Of a stretch of 64,000 nt of DNA, positions 14,269 to 28,631 are shown in pieces. A program made the translations under genes and the position numbers. A model generated the notes under the pieces. That model was not told the DNA's origin, ran no database searches, and saw nothing but the letters and a program-made list of their open reading frames with translations. Origin of the DNA: Octopus sinensis (lineage: Eukaryota); contig NC_043001.1 in NCBI RefSeq assembly GCF_006345805.1, forward strand, positions 66,712,001 to 66,776,000. Direction: 5' to 3'. Within the stretch, counting starts at the first letter, position 1, and each line of letters begins with the position of its first letter.

Positions 14269-15282
14269 CTTAATTATGGAAATTACTATTTGGGAGGGTA
14301 CTGAAAGAATTGGTTCATTATTTCTATCAATTAAAATTTGCTTTAGGAAATAGCATGTGGTTTCAGGAATTTCTGAAATAAAAATTATCATCTGGAGTTG
14401 GTCTCTCTCAAAGTCTTTGCCAAGGTGAAATTGATATAAAAACAAAACTAGTTATTGTTTGAAAGAGGTGAAACTTTTATTGTCATATATTTATTTTCTT
14501 CCTGTTTGATGCTTTTGACACCAACTTGCTATGACCTTCCTGGTTCTCTGATATAAAGTTGCTGTTTTAAAAACTCCCATTAAAATTCCATGTTAACTTA
14601 CGTTTCATTGATCAGTTTAAAAATTACAAATTTATTTTAGTAAATACATCATTATTTTCGAAATCAATTGAAACAAAGGCAATATATTTCAAGAGAAATT
14701 TGAACAAAAGGGCTAAAAATGATTGGAGGTAAAATGAAAGACTTGATATTACTATGTTAACATGTTCTTTTACTCCATGTCTTCTATCATGTGGGAAAAT
14801 TTTCAGTTTTACTAAAGTTGACATTTCACTATTGGAGCTAGTTTTTTTTATTACTTTTATATTAATTTTTTTTACTGTAGTTTATAATTTCTACCATTAA
14901 GTTGTGAACTGGAAGAAGAGGAATCGGTGATCATCCCAGGCAGAATTATGTTGTTGTTTACCCACAAGTTAACTCTGATTCAACTGATCTGTAGTCAAAT
15001 GTTCCAGTCAGCAACATCATGTCCTTTTAAGAATTTCTAGGAATTCAGTATTCAATGTGTCTTATTTTGCAAAATGTGAGAATGTTATTTGAAAAATACT
15101 TGGTTGCTATTTCTAGCAGGTTGAGTATCATGAAAAAGTTCCCTTGTCAAACAAAACAGAGTTATGTGTTGTTCTGAGATGCTGCAATACAATGACTCTA
15201 TCAAGACTTGAATCCTTGACCATTGTTCATAGTCTACTGTCTCACCGTTGTTATTATTGAGTGCACATATCATCATTATTTA

Positions 15283-15521
15283 TTATCTGTTTCTTTATTA
15301 CCCACAAGGGGCTAAATATAGAGGGGACAAACAAGGACAGACAAACGGATTAAGTCGATTATATCGACCCCCAGTGTGTAACTGGTACTTAATTTATCGA
15401 CCCTGAAAGGATGAAAGGCAAAGTCGACCTCGGCGGAATTTGAACTCAGAACGTAACGGCAGACGAAATATGGCTATGCCTTTCGCCCGTCGTGCTAACG
15501 GTTCTGCCAGCTCACTGCCTT
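15283..15521 (-). mobile_element. Young SINE family A variant with an alternative 3' tail
   Basis: CpG-retaining copy; same head and core as the 11.4-kb copies but tail 'aatccgtttgtctgtccttgtttgtcccctc...gtaataaagaaa'. Confidence 0.85.
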
Positions 15522-17628
15522 AATTATTTATTTATTATCGTTTAACGTCCACCTTCCATGCTGGCATGGGTGGGACAATGGTACACAAAATTTTTTTGTT
15601 TTAAATATTTGGATATCTGCATATAGTGAAAGTTAAGTTTTAGAAATGGTTATCTTTCCCATTTCTAATTAGTGGATTGAAGCAAGTATTGTATTTTGTT
15701 TTGAGAGCACAGCATAATTACTGAAACAAGATGTAAACTTAATGATGTCCAAGTTGTCAAAAGATTAGCTGAGGGACAGGAAACCCAGGCCTTAAATGTA
15801 ACCTTCTGAAATAGCCTGCATTTTGCATCAACAAAAATGTTTTTATTGATTATATACAATTAACTTTATTCATTAAAATATAGTTAAATCACTGAAACCT
15901 CTTACTAAAGTGATTAAATGCAATTACAGTCTTTTTAGATTATATTTGATTCAATGAAATATAAAATAGATTTTTTCTGTCTCTATATCAAGTTTACAGT
16001 TGAAATAAATTTGTATGAAAATAGGTGTTTGGATAAAAAGTTTTGTTTTGTCTCTTTTCAATTACCTTTGAGTTATAGGAACCAGATAAATGGTAATGTT
16101 ACTTGGAAGGGATTTGCACTCAATCGAAGAAGTGGATATCTCTAACCTGTTTACTGCCGCTAGATTATCCCTTATTGTTATAAGAGAGTTCAGTGATATT
16201 TGGTTGTTTTAAAATGCTTTTTGTTGATTTGCCCTAGGTCAAGCTTAGATCCACCAGACTTACGGTCAAAAACATTCTAGCAACAGCCATCCCATTTTTA
16301 GTGGTGTCTAGGAATACAAAATCCAATGTAACCACTCTTTTAAAAGATGGTGGCCTATGATTTGAAGGTGATTTGACTGCTATTTCTAGCATTTTGAATA
16401 CTCATCACAAGGTTCCTACAGACCCTGCGTAGAAATGAAAACCCAATTAAACATTTGAATTCCCTACATTCTTCCCTATCTTAAACCCTATTTTATACTT
16501 TATCAATTGGGCCTTAAACTACACCGTCTTGTGGGATTAGGTTATTGACATATAATATAGGATTAACAGAACCTTAGGTTGGGTGTTATAGAAAGAAAAC
16601 AAATTTACCATATCAATATGTGCTGACATAGCCCTGGAACCAGGTATTTTTTTGTTCCCTAATCTCTTTATTTCAGAAGTACCAAAGTTGTGGAGTTTTA
16701 TGGACAGAAGATATATAGCAATACCACCCTTAGACAAATTTTGTTTGTGTGTCTTACTTACAACATCAGTTTCCTTACAACACCTAATTAAGAATACCCT
16801 TCCCTCCAACTGCCAACTTTGTTAGTTTAATCTTGCTTTTTTTTTCTTTTAGTTTTTTTTCTTCTGGTCCTTAAGGGTTTACTCCTCCCCATCTTGCTTT
16901 GATATTTATATTTAATCTTATCTTCTCCTCCAATGTCTTAAGGGCTCTAGAAAGGTCTCCCTCTTCTGTCTTTATTAAGGTTTCTTATTTTCTTGCCAAA
17001 ATACCAATACAAAAAAAATTGGAGTTTTTGTTTTGATGTGAATATATTTTTGTTGTTTTCTTGACCTGGTTAGTGTATGGATAGATGGATGAGGGGGGAG
17101 AATAACAGAGAGAGAGAGGGCAGAGGGTAAGGGAGACAAGACAGAGAGAGAAAAAGAGAGTGGTATAGATGGTTAAGAGGTATAGATAAGTGAAAGACAA
17201 GTAGAGGGTGAGAGAATGGAGATATGTAAGAAAAAAAGTTTTATTACTGATATTCTGGATGGGGGAGGAGATCACTTGAAGTGATGATGGGTAACAGAGA
17301 GAAGGGATATTATTGATAACCCTACCATCTCTGCACTCTCTTAGTCTTGAATTAAGCAAACTCCTGAATAAAGACATTGCTATGACTACCATGTCTTTTT
17401 TAAGTGTATGCAAGACTACATTGTCATTACATTTTTATAATTCAGTAGATTGAGATTTTGAAGGGGGGGGGGGGTTGTCTGCTATTTCAGGTTTAACAGT
17501 CACACAGTGGCACCCTGAGTAGCCTGAAGATGTAACCTGGGCAGATACTGAATGACCAGAGGATTAACATTGAAACTTCTACACGCTTGCAACAGCCCTA
17601 CCTATCTATAACTTTATGTATTAATTGG

Positions 17629-17670
<42 letters not shown>

Positions 17671-20600
17671 CATCATCATCATCATCATTGTTTAACGTCC
17701 GTTTTCCATGCTAGCATGAGTTGGATGGTTTGACTGGGGTTTGGGAAGTCAGGAGGCTGCACCAGGCTCCAGTCTGATCTGGTAGTGTTTCTACAGCTTG
17801 ATGCCATTCCTAATGCCAACCACTCTGTGAGTGTAGTGGGTGCTTTTTACATGCCATCGGCATGGGTATCACAACTACAATTTCCATTTGATTTTTATTT
17901 TGATGTTGATGTACTTGACTCATTGGGTCCCCTCCAGCACAGCAGGTCACCCTACGATCAAAGCACAGCAGGTTGCTCTACCATCCAAAGTACTTTTGAA
18001 TGGGCTGAGGCTGGTTATGCGAAACTGGTGTAAGATACAGCTGTGAACTCACTTTATTTGTCGGGTCTTCGCAGTCACAGCATATCTCCAAAGGTCTCGG
18101 TCTTTCATCATCTCATCTCATGTCTTCCTGGGTCTACCTCTACCCCGGATTCCTTCAACTGTTTGGGAGTTGCACTTCATCACACTTCATCCATCCATAT
18201 ACATGACCATACCAGTGCAACGTCTCTCTTGCATGCCACATCTGATGCTTCATATATCCAACACTTCTCTCAGGGCGCTTACAACTCTGTCGTGTATGCA
18301 CACTGACATTACACATCCAGCAGATCATGCTAGCTTCATTTCTTTCAAGCCTATGCATGTCCCCTGCAGTCACAGCCCATGTTTCACTGCCGTGAAGCTT
18401 GGCAGTTCGCACACATGCGTCGTACAATCTACCTTTCACTCTGAGCGAGAGACCCTTTGTCATCAGTAGGAGTAGAAGCTTTCTAAACTTTGCCCAGGCT
18501 ATTCTTATTCTAGTGGTAACACTCTCTGAGCATCCACCCCCACCTACTTCTACCTGGAATTCTTCATTATACTCATTGCCAATCCTAACCTTACTAATGG
18601 CCTCTCTGTATAGGCCTGTACAGCCCTTATTAACCATTCGTCAATCTCCAGTTTCTGCATCGATTCCCAGATAAGGGATTGGTGGACCCTGTTAAAAGCT
18701 TTCTCCAAGTCCACAAAAGCTAAGTATAGGGGTTTATCTTTAGCTAAGTATTTCTCCTGCAGTTGTTGAACCAGGAATATGGCATCAGTGGTGCTTCTAC
18801 CTGGCACAAAACCGAACTGCATCTCATCTAAGCAGACTCTCTCCCTAATGAGATGGGCTATCACCCTCTCTGTGATCTTCATCACCTGATCCAGCAGTTT
18901 GTTACCCCTGTAGTTATTTCTATCTAGAGCATCACCTTTACCCTTGTAGCAGTTGACTATGGTACTGCTATACCAGTCATTGGGTATGACTCTATCGTGA
19001 ACTACCTGGTTTACAATGCGGGTGACTAGGCCATAGCCCACGCCACCAGATGTTTTAAGCATCTCAGCAGTGATTCCTGATGGGCTGAGGGCTTTTCTTG
19101 GCTTCATATCCTTAATTGCTTTATCTACCAGGGAGCTGTCTATTTGGATAGCTGGTCCCTCTAGTGGGTCAACATTTGGCAGGCTCTCCACCTCCCATTC
19201 ATTCTCTTCGTTCAGCAGTCTTTCATAATGGCTCCTCCAAGCCTCTTTCTTTTCAGAATCATTAAAAGCAACTGCACCATCATCCATGCAGACACATTTC
19301 TATCCTGTAACGTCACAATTTTCTCTCACACGCTGTCTTGCAATCCGAAATACTTCAGTTCTTTGGTCCTCATGTTGCTGGACATTGCCAAACATCTTCT
19401 TTTCTTATGTATACTTGCCTCCCAGCCTCCCTTTTGGCTACCTGATACAGTTCCCTGCTACCCCCACCCTTCCAGGCCTGTTTCTTTGCTCTGATGGCTT
19501 TGTCTACTGTACTATTCCACCACCATGTAACTCAAGGTCTGGAAGGGACTTTGCACCATCCGCAGACTTTGTCTGTGGCATTCAGCAAACTGTCCTGTAG
19601 GAATTTCCAGCTACCTTCTATGTCTGATGTCTGTAGCTACTCCTCCCTCTCATCAAATTTTTTGATGAAGATGTCCCCAAATCTCTGACCATGTGAAGGG
19701 TTCTTTAGCTTCCAAATCCTTTTTATTTGGATTGGTCTGCTTCTTGGTATCCTTCTGGCCTTGAGCCTAAAGTCACTAATGACTAGCCTATGCTGGGGGG
19801 TACATTCTTTACCCGGGAGGGTCTCTGCATTTAAGAGCAACCCTGTGTCCCGCTGTCTGGTGAGGATGAAATCAATCTGGATAGCAGAGTCCCCTGATTG
19901 ATAGGTTATCAGGTGGCTATCTGGCTTCCTGAAATTAGTGTTGTAGATTAAAAGGTTACATGCATCACAGAAATCCAGTAGCCTAGTTCCCTCATTGTTC
20001 CGGGCATCAATGCCATGGCTCCCGTGTACCCCAGTGAAGATACCAGATTCCTGCCCCACATGCCCATTAAAATCTCCAGTCACAAAAATGAGATCATTGC
20101 CACATGTCTTTGAGGTAGCCTGTAAAAGGGTTTCATAAAAGTGGTCCTTTTGATCATTTGGTAGCCCTGCATGTGGGGCATAGCTGGAGATAATTGTAGC
20201 TGTGCTGTTCTGCAGGACTAGCCTGAGCTTAAGCATTCTATTGCATACCCTAACAACCTCTATGACTTTATCCACCCATTTCTCCGCAAGGAGTATGCCT
20301 AAACCTCCTACACCATCCATGTTACCTTGCCAGAAAACTTTATACCTATGTGCCTTGCCTGCGAGGACCCTAGCTGAAGCTCTTCTCCATTTTACCTCTT
20401 CTATGCAGCATACATCAGCCCGTCTCCTTTCAAGTATCTCTACAATCTCACTAGACCTACCTTTCAGTGTGCCAACATTGACACTGCCAACTCTGAAAAC
20501 TGGGAAGGGAATGTGGGGTGAGGTTTGGAAAGGAGAGATGTTATTCAGCGCCTGAAAAGATGAGTGAGGTTGTCGTGGTGTTCATTTTTTAGGCATGCTT

Positions 20601-21330
20601 CATTTGTTCTCTCTTCTGACGTGACAACATTCAAGTGTGTTAAGATTGTTGCCCCTACTGGAGGTAGAAGCCGATGTTAGCAGCATTGTAAGTATAAGCA
20701 TTATAGTCATCGAATGATGTAAATTTAAGTGGTGTAGCAGAAATATGGATATTCCAGTCAGTGTTAGGTTAGGAGGGAGACAGTTAAAACTGGTTGCGTT
20801 TGTCCAGGAAGATGAGGATTGCAGGTATAATGTAGGGTACCACCAACGGGGAAGGGTTCAGACAGAGAGAGAGGAAACAAGCTGATTCCTACACACACAC
20901 AAAAGCACCCACACATGAACAGCTGAATAGCATTCTCCTTCACTTGATAAGGCCAAGGAAATTTCCTGGGTAGTTGTTGGCAAGTTTCTAGACAGAATGA
21001 AAATGAAACGAAAGATAGCTGGTTAAGTAGGTGGGCAGATAACCTGGTTGTGTCTGTCTCAGTAGAGAGATAGAGAAAGAGAGAGTGTAGGTAATATAGA
21101 GAACAGCACCAGTGAGGAGGGGGAATTGGGAGAAGAGATATCTGGTTGTGATGGTGACAAATTTCTAGACAGAATGAAACATAAGATAGCAGGTTAAGTG
21201 GGTGGATGAGCAGCTGAGCTGGTTGCATTTGTCCTGTAATATGTAGAGAACAGCCCAGTGTTGCGGAGGGGTTGGGAGAATAGACACAGTTAATGGTGGT
21301 GGGAGAAGGGATATCCGGTGTACCTCAATA
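17671..21330 (-). mobile_element. Near full-length, disrupted RTE-clade LINE (APE endonuclease + RT)
   Basis: APE motifs 'VNVGTL','GDFNGHVG','QIDFIL','QHRLV' (about 20500-19637). RT motifs 'NYRG','QFGFVPGRSTTDAIF','AFVDLEKAFNRV' (19287-18550). C-terminus 'KGRLYDACVR..LHGSETW'. (GAT)n tail. Frameshifts and an internal deletion near 18545. Confidence 0.93.
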
Positions 21331-22059
21331 TTTAATTATGTCTGGTTTAGTAACCAATAATTATACACAATATCTGAAGATCACTAATTCATAATCCAAG
21401 TAAGGCTCAGGTTTTTTTTAAAAATACTTTGAATTAAAAGATCTAGTAGTCTCAATTTGAATTTCAAACCTAGGGTCAGGATAAGGTCAACCTCATAGCA
21501 GTTTTTATAGCCATTCAGGATTCCAAATCCTTCTCTCACATTCTTTGCACTCAAAAACTATAGTAACCTAAGAAAATAATGCTAGCTAAGCCTACATACA
21601 CTTCATTTTGAACCATATCAGTGGATGGACCTTGGTTAAAGTTGCATAAATAATCAGTTGAAAGTAACTAGATGCATATGCAATTGTTAGATGTCTATGC
21701 AGCAGAAATCTGTCAGATAAATTTAAAGCAAATATGTTGTATAATTGACTATAGAAATAAAAGAATATGCAGATGTATTAATCTCCATATTCATTGTAAT
21801 TGTCTTAGATATACACTTGGTAAAATATTTATAATCTTGCGAAGCAAACCCCGTATATACCCATTGTTAGTCACAACCCGGATTATAATTGAGTGCTCAA
21901 ATGATACCTGCCTGGATAATCTATACCCGCTTATTCATTATATATATATATATCGATGAAAGAGACTTTGCTGTGGTTCCTCTACCTGCTAGAAATAGAA
22001 GCTAAATCACCTTCAGTACACACAACTGTCTTCACAAAAGACAGGATATATATTAGATA

Positions 22060-22564
22060 TATAAAACTGTAGTTGTGTGTGTGTCTGTCCCCTTCGATTT
22101 AGATTCCTAACTACTCCCACATTTTGCGGTGCAGTTTAACCAAAATCGGGTATCTTATAGTCATGATTCATATCAAGCAAGTCTGAGTATTAGCGCGCGT
22201 CTACGATGAGTCTACGATTTTAAAAATAATTTAACATCATTTTTTATTCCATTTTAATGCATAATTTTTCGTGTGTCGATGGCGGCGGAGTTGGCGTCCA
22301 TGGTCACACCTGCACCTGTTTGCTTCTCTCCCTTCTTCCCTCCCTCGTGAAGCTGTGGGGAAGGGAGTGTAAGGAAATCAACGTCGTAAAGCGTTGTCAA
22401 GGAGACCAGCGTTCTTTTAGAACAACGACTTCATGGCTTGAAGACACCAAAACAGAAATGGCTAAGAAAGCCCGAATTGGCATCTATAAGGGAAGTAACT
22501 CTCTAAAAATGCTTATATAGTTATTTCCCTTACAAACCCGAGCAACGCCGGGCGATACTGCTAG
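22060..22564 (+). mobile_element. Non-autonomous Helitron-like element
   Basis: 3' hairpin CCCGAGCAACGCCGGG, a short spacer, then CTAG|T; 5' ATATATAAAACTG; CpG-rich relative to the flanks. Confidence 0.75.
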
Positions 22565-23540
22565 TATTAGATAAAGTATGCAGTAGGCATAACAAAAATG
22601 TCTTTGATCATGTGTACTTGACCAAGGTTGCATTTGTGCTAAACAACAATAACAGCCAACCAGATTCCCTGCAAATTGCCTACCACCTTAAAGTGACAGA
22701 CACATTTGACAGTGTATCTCAAGAAGTACAATGTCTGAAGAAGAAAAAAAGGATTGTCTGCTGATGGTTGAATTAGACCTGACCTAGGGCTAAATAGCAA
22801 AAACAACAACATTACTTATTTACTTATAATAGTTTGGTTAATTTTGGAAAGAAATTCACATCTTGTTTTGTTTATTATCGTAAACACAGTTCATCAAAGC
22901 CAAATGTAACCTGACATCAAAAGATTCCCCCATCTCTTGTACATAAACTTAATCTTTTGATTAGTTTCATGTTTTATACAGCTGCAGGTAATTTCTAAAT
23001 TAGACATAGGTTGGCTGTTTAAGAACTTTATTTTGCAACATCATAATTCCCTGATTTCATCTCAATGGGTGGTAATTTGGCAATGTATTTTTTACCATCA
23101 CATCCTTGTCGGTGAAATAGGAGAGGCATAAACTGTGCAGAAGCCTGTTATGCCTGTGTCCTTGTCATCTTTGTCATCATCATTTTTACATCTGCTTTAC
23201 CATGCTTTCATGGGTTGAGGTAGTGCGTTGTGGCTAGATGCTCTTGTTGATGCCAACCAATTTTGTTGTCTCTCACATACCAGGATGTAGCATATCTATT
23301 GTAAAAACTGAGATACACAGGGTATGGATACATATGCAGTATGTTGTGTTGGTGGGATATAGCAAAATATTGATGGACCTGGTTGACTTCATATTTTGTC
23401 TGCCTCTGAGACTGGTAACATAAATAAGATAAAGTACTAAGGGAGAAATAATAGAGTTAAATCTCTGAAAATCTTTGACGATTGTGCTCAAGTAAGACTG
23501 CACTGTGATGAGTGAAACTTGTGAAAAATTAAAATACAGT

Positions 23541-23660
23541 GAACAGTAGATACTATCTATATAACAGTGGATATTATCTATATAGAAGTAGATACTATTT
23601 ACATATTAGTAGACACTATGTAACCGGAGGTACTATCTATATAATAGTAGATACTAATTT
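23541..23660. repeat. Degenerate ~21-bp tandem repeat (AGTAGATACTATCTATATA..)
   Basis: About six diverged units. Confidence 0.7.
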
Positions 23661-24100
23661 ACGAGAAACTACCCAAATGAAATTGGAATTTTGTAATGTT
23701 ATTTTATACACTTAGTTTTACATGTTTACATTTTTATCGCCTTCAAAGTACTCTGCATTTGAAGCAATGCATTGGTCTAGTAAATGTTTTGCACTGTTCA
23801 AAACAGTGCTGGAACTCTTGTGAAGTGATGCCTTTTAATGCCTCTGTCTTTTTTTTTTCTTCACCTCTTCCACATCTGCAAATTCTGTAGGACCATCTTT
23901 CATCACCAGTGATGACCTTCAAAAAGAGATTTGAATTTTCTTTAGCCTTTTGAGTAAAACTAGGTAGACGGAAGCTATAGGGAAGCCTGTCAGATGGACT
24001 GAACCTGTAATTCAAGGGTACAGCTTTGTCACCCACTGTGTCATGATGAGTCTTTTGTAAAGGGCACATATAACTGTGGAATACTCCACCACTTTGTATT
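23660..24100 (-). mobile_element. Internally deleted mariner transposase remnant
   Basis: 'KVITGDERWSY' (first catalytic D motif) fused to the C-terminal 'LKGITSQEFQHCFEQCKT..' typical of mariner. Confidence 0.75.
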
Positions 24101-25285
24101 CCAATTCAATGAAAAATGTTGTTCAATTTGTTGTACAAAAGGACACTCATTTTTTCTTTTCTCAGTTTAGTCAGTTAAATACGTTTCCATCATTATCATC
24201 ATCATTTAATGCCTGTCTTCCATACTGACAGAAGTTGGATTGTTCAACAGAATATGATGAGTAAGAGAACTGCATTGTGCTCCAGTGTCTGCTTTGGCAT
24301 GGTTTCCACAGCTGGGCACCCTTCCTAACAACAAACACTTTACAGCATGTACTGGGTCCTTTTTTGTCCCTTTGGTACCAGCACTAGTGAAGTTGTCTTG
24401 TAACCTGCAAAACTGAAGGCACCCCCACCCCCAACTCCTTATTGTATTGATGTGTTATAGTTGAAAGGCAAAGTGAATTCCAATGGAATCTGAACTCAGA
24501 ATGTAAAGAAACTATATATTTTTTGAGATGGTAGGGAGATTTGGTTGCTATTTCTAGCAGTTCCATTAGTTATTTAGAGATTTCACTTTTAGTTAGCTCT
24601 AGCAGCAGCAGCAGCAGTAGTTATTGTTATTGTAATTAAGTAATTACATAATTACATAATGATTTCTTTGTGAAAATCTATTAATCTCCAAGAAATGGGG
24701 TATGACTTTGACACTCTTCTCCAGGGACATTAAACAAAGTGAATTAGTTTCAATGTGATCTTGTAATTAGGCTGTTGTATACTTGATTCACATCACAGAT
24801 TTGGTTCCCCTACAACAGTCTTGAGGTGGAACAATTCTAATATTTCTAGAAATTTAGTAATTAACTCAAAATATTAGACAAATCCTGTAATAGTTGAGAG
24901 CAAAAGTTTGCAAAACCAACCATAAGGATAGTCTTTTTTTTAAATTTTTATTATATAATTTATTTTTTAGAATTATGTTTTCTTGGTTTTCTTACATTTA
25001 ACCCTAAAACTTTACCGAAATCTCCATTTATTTGAAATGTTAAATAAGATGTTCTTTTAAATGAAAAGGAGTTAGTTCTGTTTCATGGAATATCTTAAAG
25101 CAGAAAGTAAGAAATAAGTAAAAATAAATCTGTTCTGTAAGAAGAATTTTGAGTCTCAACATGTGGGTGTTGGAGGTAGTGGAAGGATTCAGTTCTTTAT
25201 AAGGAGGAGGGAATTCAAGAGGAAGTTGTAGTGGGGAGGAGATGATAGCATGGGGAGAGGAAAGGAAACAGTGAAGAAGAAAAAC

Positions 25286-25299
25286 GTTTCCATGGTAAC
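25286..25299. promoter_or_regulatory. RFX X-box motif GTTTCCATGGTAAC
   Basis: Matches the consensus GTTNCCATGGNAAC and lies in non-repeat sequence; function not shown. Confidence 0.45.
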
Positions 25300-26150
25300 A
25301 TACAATTTCAAAAAGGGGTTTGCTATTTTAACAGATTAAATACATCATCATTTGAAGGAACCAGCATTTTTATGACAACAGTTATATTTCACTTAGGAAA
25401 TAGAAGAGAACCTGTGTGTGTGTGTGTATTAACACCCATTTAATATCTGTATATCAACAGACATTATCATTTTGACCTTATTTGGATGTTTATATTTGAC
25501 ACTGATAGATAACTAGGAATTCTGAATATTGAATAAACTTGAACCTGGTAAACTTGAGTCTTAAAAAAGGACAAATGTACTTGGGTCAATTTGTTTAAAT
25601 AAAACTATTAAAAGTGGTGTCCCAGCATGGCCACATTCCAATGATTGGAACAAGTAAAAGATAAAAGAAGCGACCAGATTCCTGTAGATTTTGTCTTCCT
25701 AATTACAGTTCCACCCACAAAATAATAATTTCGAAGAACTTGATACCACATGCTCAGAATGGTGTAGTTAATTTACTCCACCCTATCCAGTATATGAAAA
25801 ATATTCCTATTATTGGTGGATGTGAACTCCGGACCATGGAGGAAGAAACTAAAATACATTGCTATATTGTGTTGCTTGATACAACCACCACCACTACTAC
25901 AACTGTTTATGAATCAGGCACAAAGCCTGCAATTTCCAGGAGAGGGGATAAGTCAATTACATTGTCCCACCATCCCCAATACTTCACTGGTACTTTATTT
26001 TATTGACCCTGGGGAGATGAAACGCAAAGTTAACTGCAATAGCATTTGAAGACAAGCCAAAAGAAATACTGCAAGGTATTTATTCCAATGCTGTAACAAT
26101 TCTCTCTGCTCAAAATGATAATGATAATAATAATGATAAGAATAATAGTA

Positions 26151-26558
26151 GGCGCAGGAGTGGCTGTGTGGTAAGTAGCTTGTTTACCAACCACATGGTT
26201 CCGGGTTCAGTCCCACTGCGTGGCACCTTGGGCAAGTGTCTTCTACTATAGCCTTGGGCCGACCAAAGCCTTGTGAGTGGATTTGGTAGACGGAAACTGA
26301 AAGAAGCCCATCATATATATGTATATATATATATGCGTGTGTATGTTTGTGTGTCTGTGTTTGTCCCCCTAGCATTGCTTGATAACAAATGCTGGTGTGT
26401 TTATGTCCCCGTTACTTAGCGGTTCGGCAAAAGAGACTGATAGAATAAGTACTGGGCTTAAAAAAGAATAAGTCCCGGGGTCGAGTTGCTCGATTAAAAG
26501 GTGGTGTCCCAGCATGGCCGCAGTCAAATGACTGAAACAAGTAAAAGAGTAAAGAGAG
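26151..26558 (+). mobile_element. Full-length tRNA-derived SINE family B (CORE-like central region)
   Basis: A-box-like TGGCTGTGTGG, B-box-like GGTTCAGTCC, 'ccttgggcaagtgtctt' core, tail ggtggtgtcccagcatggccgcagtcaaatgactgaaacaagtaaaagag. Decayed copies near 2.4, 5.7, 37.2, 40.9, 49.7, 50.7 and 62.6 kb. Confidence 0.88.
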
Positions 26559-27790
26559 TAGTAATTGCTTCAAATTTTAGCACATAAGTCATCAATTTTT
26601 AGGTATTTACATCAATCCCAGAACTTGATCAATACTTTATTTTATTAACCCTTGTAAGGCTGAAAGGTAAAGTTGACCTTGGTGGCATTTGAACTCAGAA
26701 CTTAAAGAGCTGGACAAAATCTGCTAAGCATTTTGTTCAATGTGCCAACAATTCTGGCGGCACACAGGCAAAGATGGAAACAAAGAGTCTGTTTTAATTG
26801 ACACCAATATAGGACTAGTCTTGAAGGATAAAAATTGAAGTCAGAACCTTGTGAAAATCAAAGACAAATAGGAATTTGATCCCTTGTTCTACCAATTCTG
26901 TCAATGCACTCAGAGACAGTTTCAATTTACAATAGATTGTGGATTCTTATTGAAGGTGGAGTTAATCGAATGGCAATAAGCTTGATTAGAATAAGAAGGG
27001 GAGTTTCAGATTGTAGCTGTTCAACAGAGAATAGATGCTGTCGGCTTCTCAGTGAAAACAACATGAAATAAAGTGCTTTGCTCAAGGCCACATTACGCTG
27101 CCTGGTCAAGAAATGGAACTCACATCCTTATGATTTTGAGTTTAACACCCTAACCACTTGGTCACATACCTTTATAATGAGTCAGATAGCTGCTTCAACA
27201 TTTCAGGTAATAATACAAAGTGAAAGAAATATTAGTCTGGCCCTAACCTGGTGAGTTATAGCTACAGTAAATACATAATTAGTCCAGCCCTAAACTAGGT
27301 AGCTGTAGTAAGTATAAAGTTACCCTCTAAAGATCTATGAGATGATGAAATTTCTCACTCCTCATTACCTAAATCTCCAGATATCTTATGTGCTGTCATT
27401 TTGGTTAGTTTTCACTCTTTTATTACATCTTCTCCATCTTTTCCTTCCCCAATCATCCTGACATGTTTTACTAGACTCACTCTCTTTCTATATGTCTTAC
27501 CAGTATTATGTCGCCCCCCCCCCCACCATGTGTTATTCCTTCCCTTTGCATGCATCCAGCATGTTTAACTGCCCCCTCCCATCCTCTCGCTAGTAGCCCC
27601 CCCCCCACCGTCTCCTTTTATTCCCAACTGGTGTAGGAAGTTTCCCTGCTGCAGTAGATAAGAATCCCTAGCCTGAGCCTGTCATACAAAAATGTGTGTA
27701 CGTGTGTAAATGTCTATACACATGCACATACCTATCTATCTGTCTGTGTTTATATATGTATGTATATATATATATTTATATATATATATG

Positions 27791-27821
<31 letters not shown>

Positions 27822-27839
27822 GTATATATGTATATATAC

Positions 27840-27887
<48 letters not shown>

Positions 27888-27916
27888 GTATGTATATGTA
27901 TATATGTATATATATA

Positions 27917-28127
27917 CCCCGCCTGGCACCTGTGCAGGTGGCACGTAAAAAGCACCCACTACACTCACGGAGTGGTTGGCGTTAGGAAGGGCATCCAGCT
28001 GTAGAAACATTGCCAGATTAGACTGGAGCCTGGTGCAGCCTTCTGGCTTCCCAGAACCCCGGTCGAACCGTCCAACCCATGCTAGCATGGAGAACGGACG
28101 TTAAACGACGATGATGATGATGATGAT
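27917..28127 (+). mobile_element. 5'-truncated RTE 3'UTR copy with (GAT)n tail inside the TA microsatellite
   Basis: Reverse complement of the 55137 and 14003 copies. Confidence 0.88.
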
Positions 28128-28339
28128 ATGTATATATATATATGTGTATATATGGATATATATATGTATATATATATATGTATATATGTATATATATATA
28201 TGTATATATATATGTATATATATATATGTATATATGTATATATATATATATGTATATATATAAATATATGTATATATATGTATATGTATATATATGTATA
28301 TATATGTATATGTATATATATGTATATGTATATATATGT

Positions 28340-28373
<34 letters not shown>

Positions 28374-28506
28374 GTATATACTTTGATACTTTGATAGGTT
28401 TCGGCCATTATTGGCCCAGGCCATGTCTAACTTAATAGCACCATATATATATATATATATATCACATAATCACATACCTATCTATCTGTCTGTTCATATA
28501 TATATG

Positions 28507-28541
<35 letters not shown>

Positions 28542-28631
28542 GTATGTATGTATATATATGTATATATATATATGTATGTATATATGTATATATATGTATA
28601 TGTATATATGTATGTATATATGTATATATAT

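Noticed and set aside
16400-17070. Possible APE remnant ('KGGIAIY')
   Set aside because: Single weak motif, too decayed to assign
17520-17560. CTGAAGA as another hammerhead core
   Set aside because: No correctly placed GAAA, stem III or stem I
17785-20555. Plus-strand ORFs over the RTE (and likewise over the CR1)
   Set aside because: Antisense shadows of LINE coding frames
26151-26230. tRNA gene
   Set aside because: Only A/B-box-like motifs; it continues into a SINE body and no convincing cloverleaf is seen
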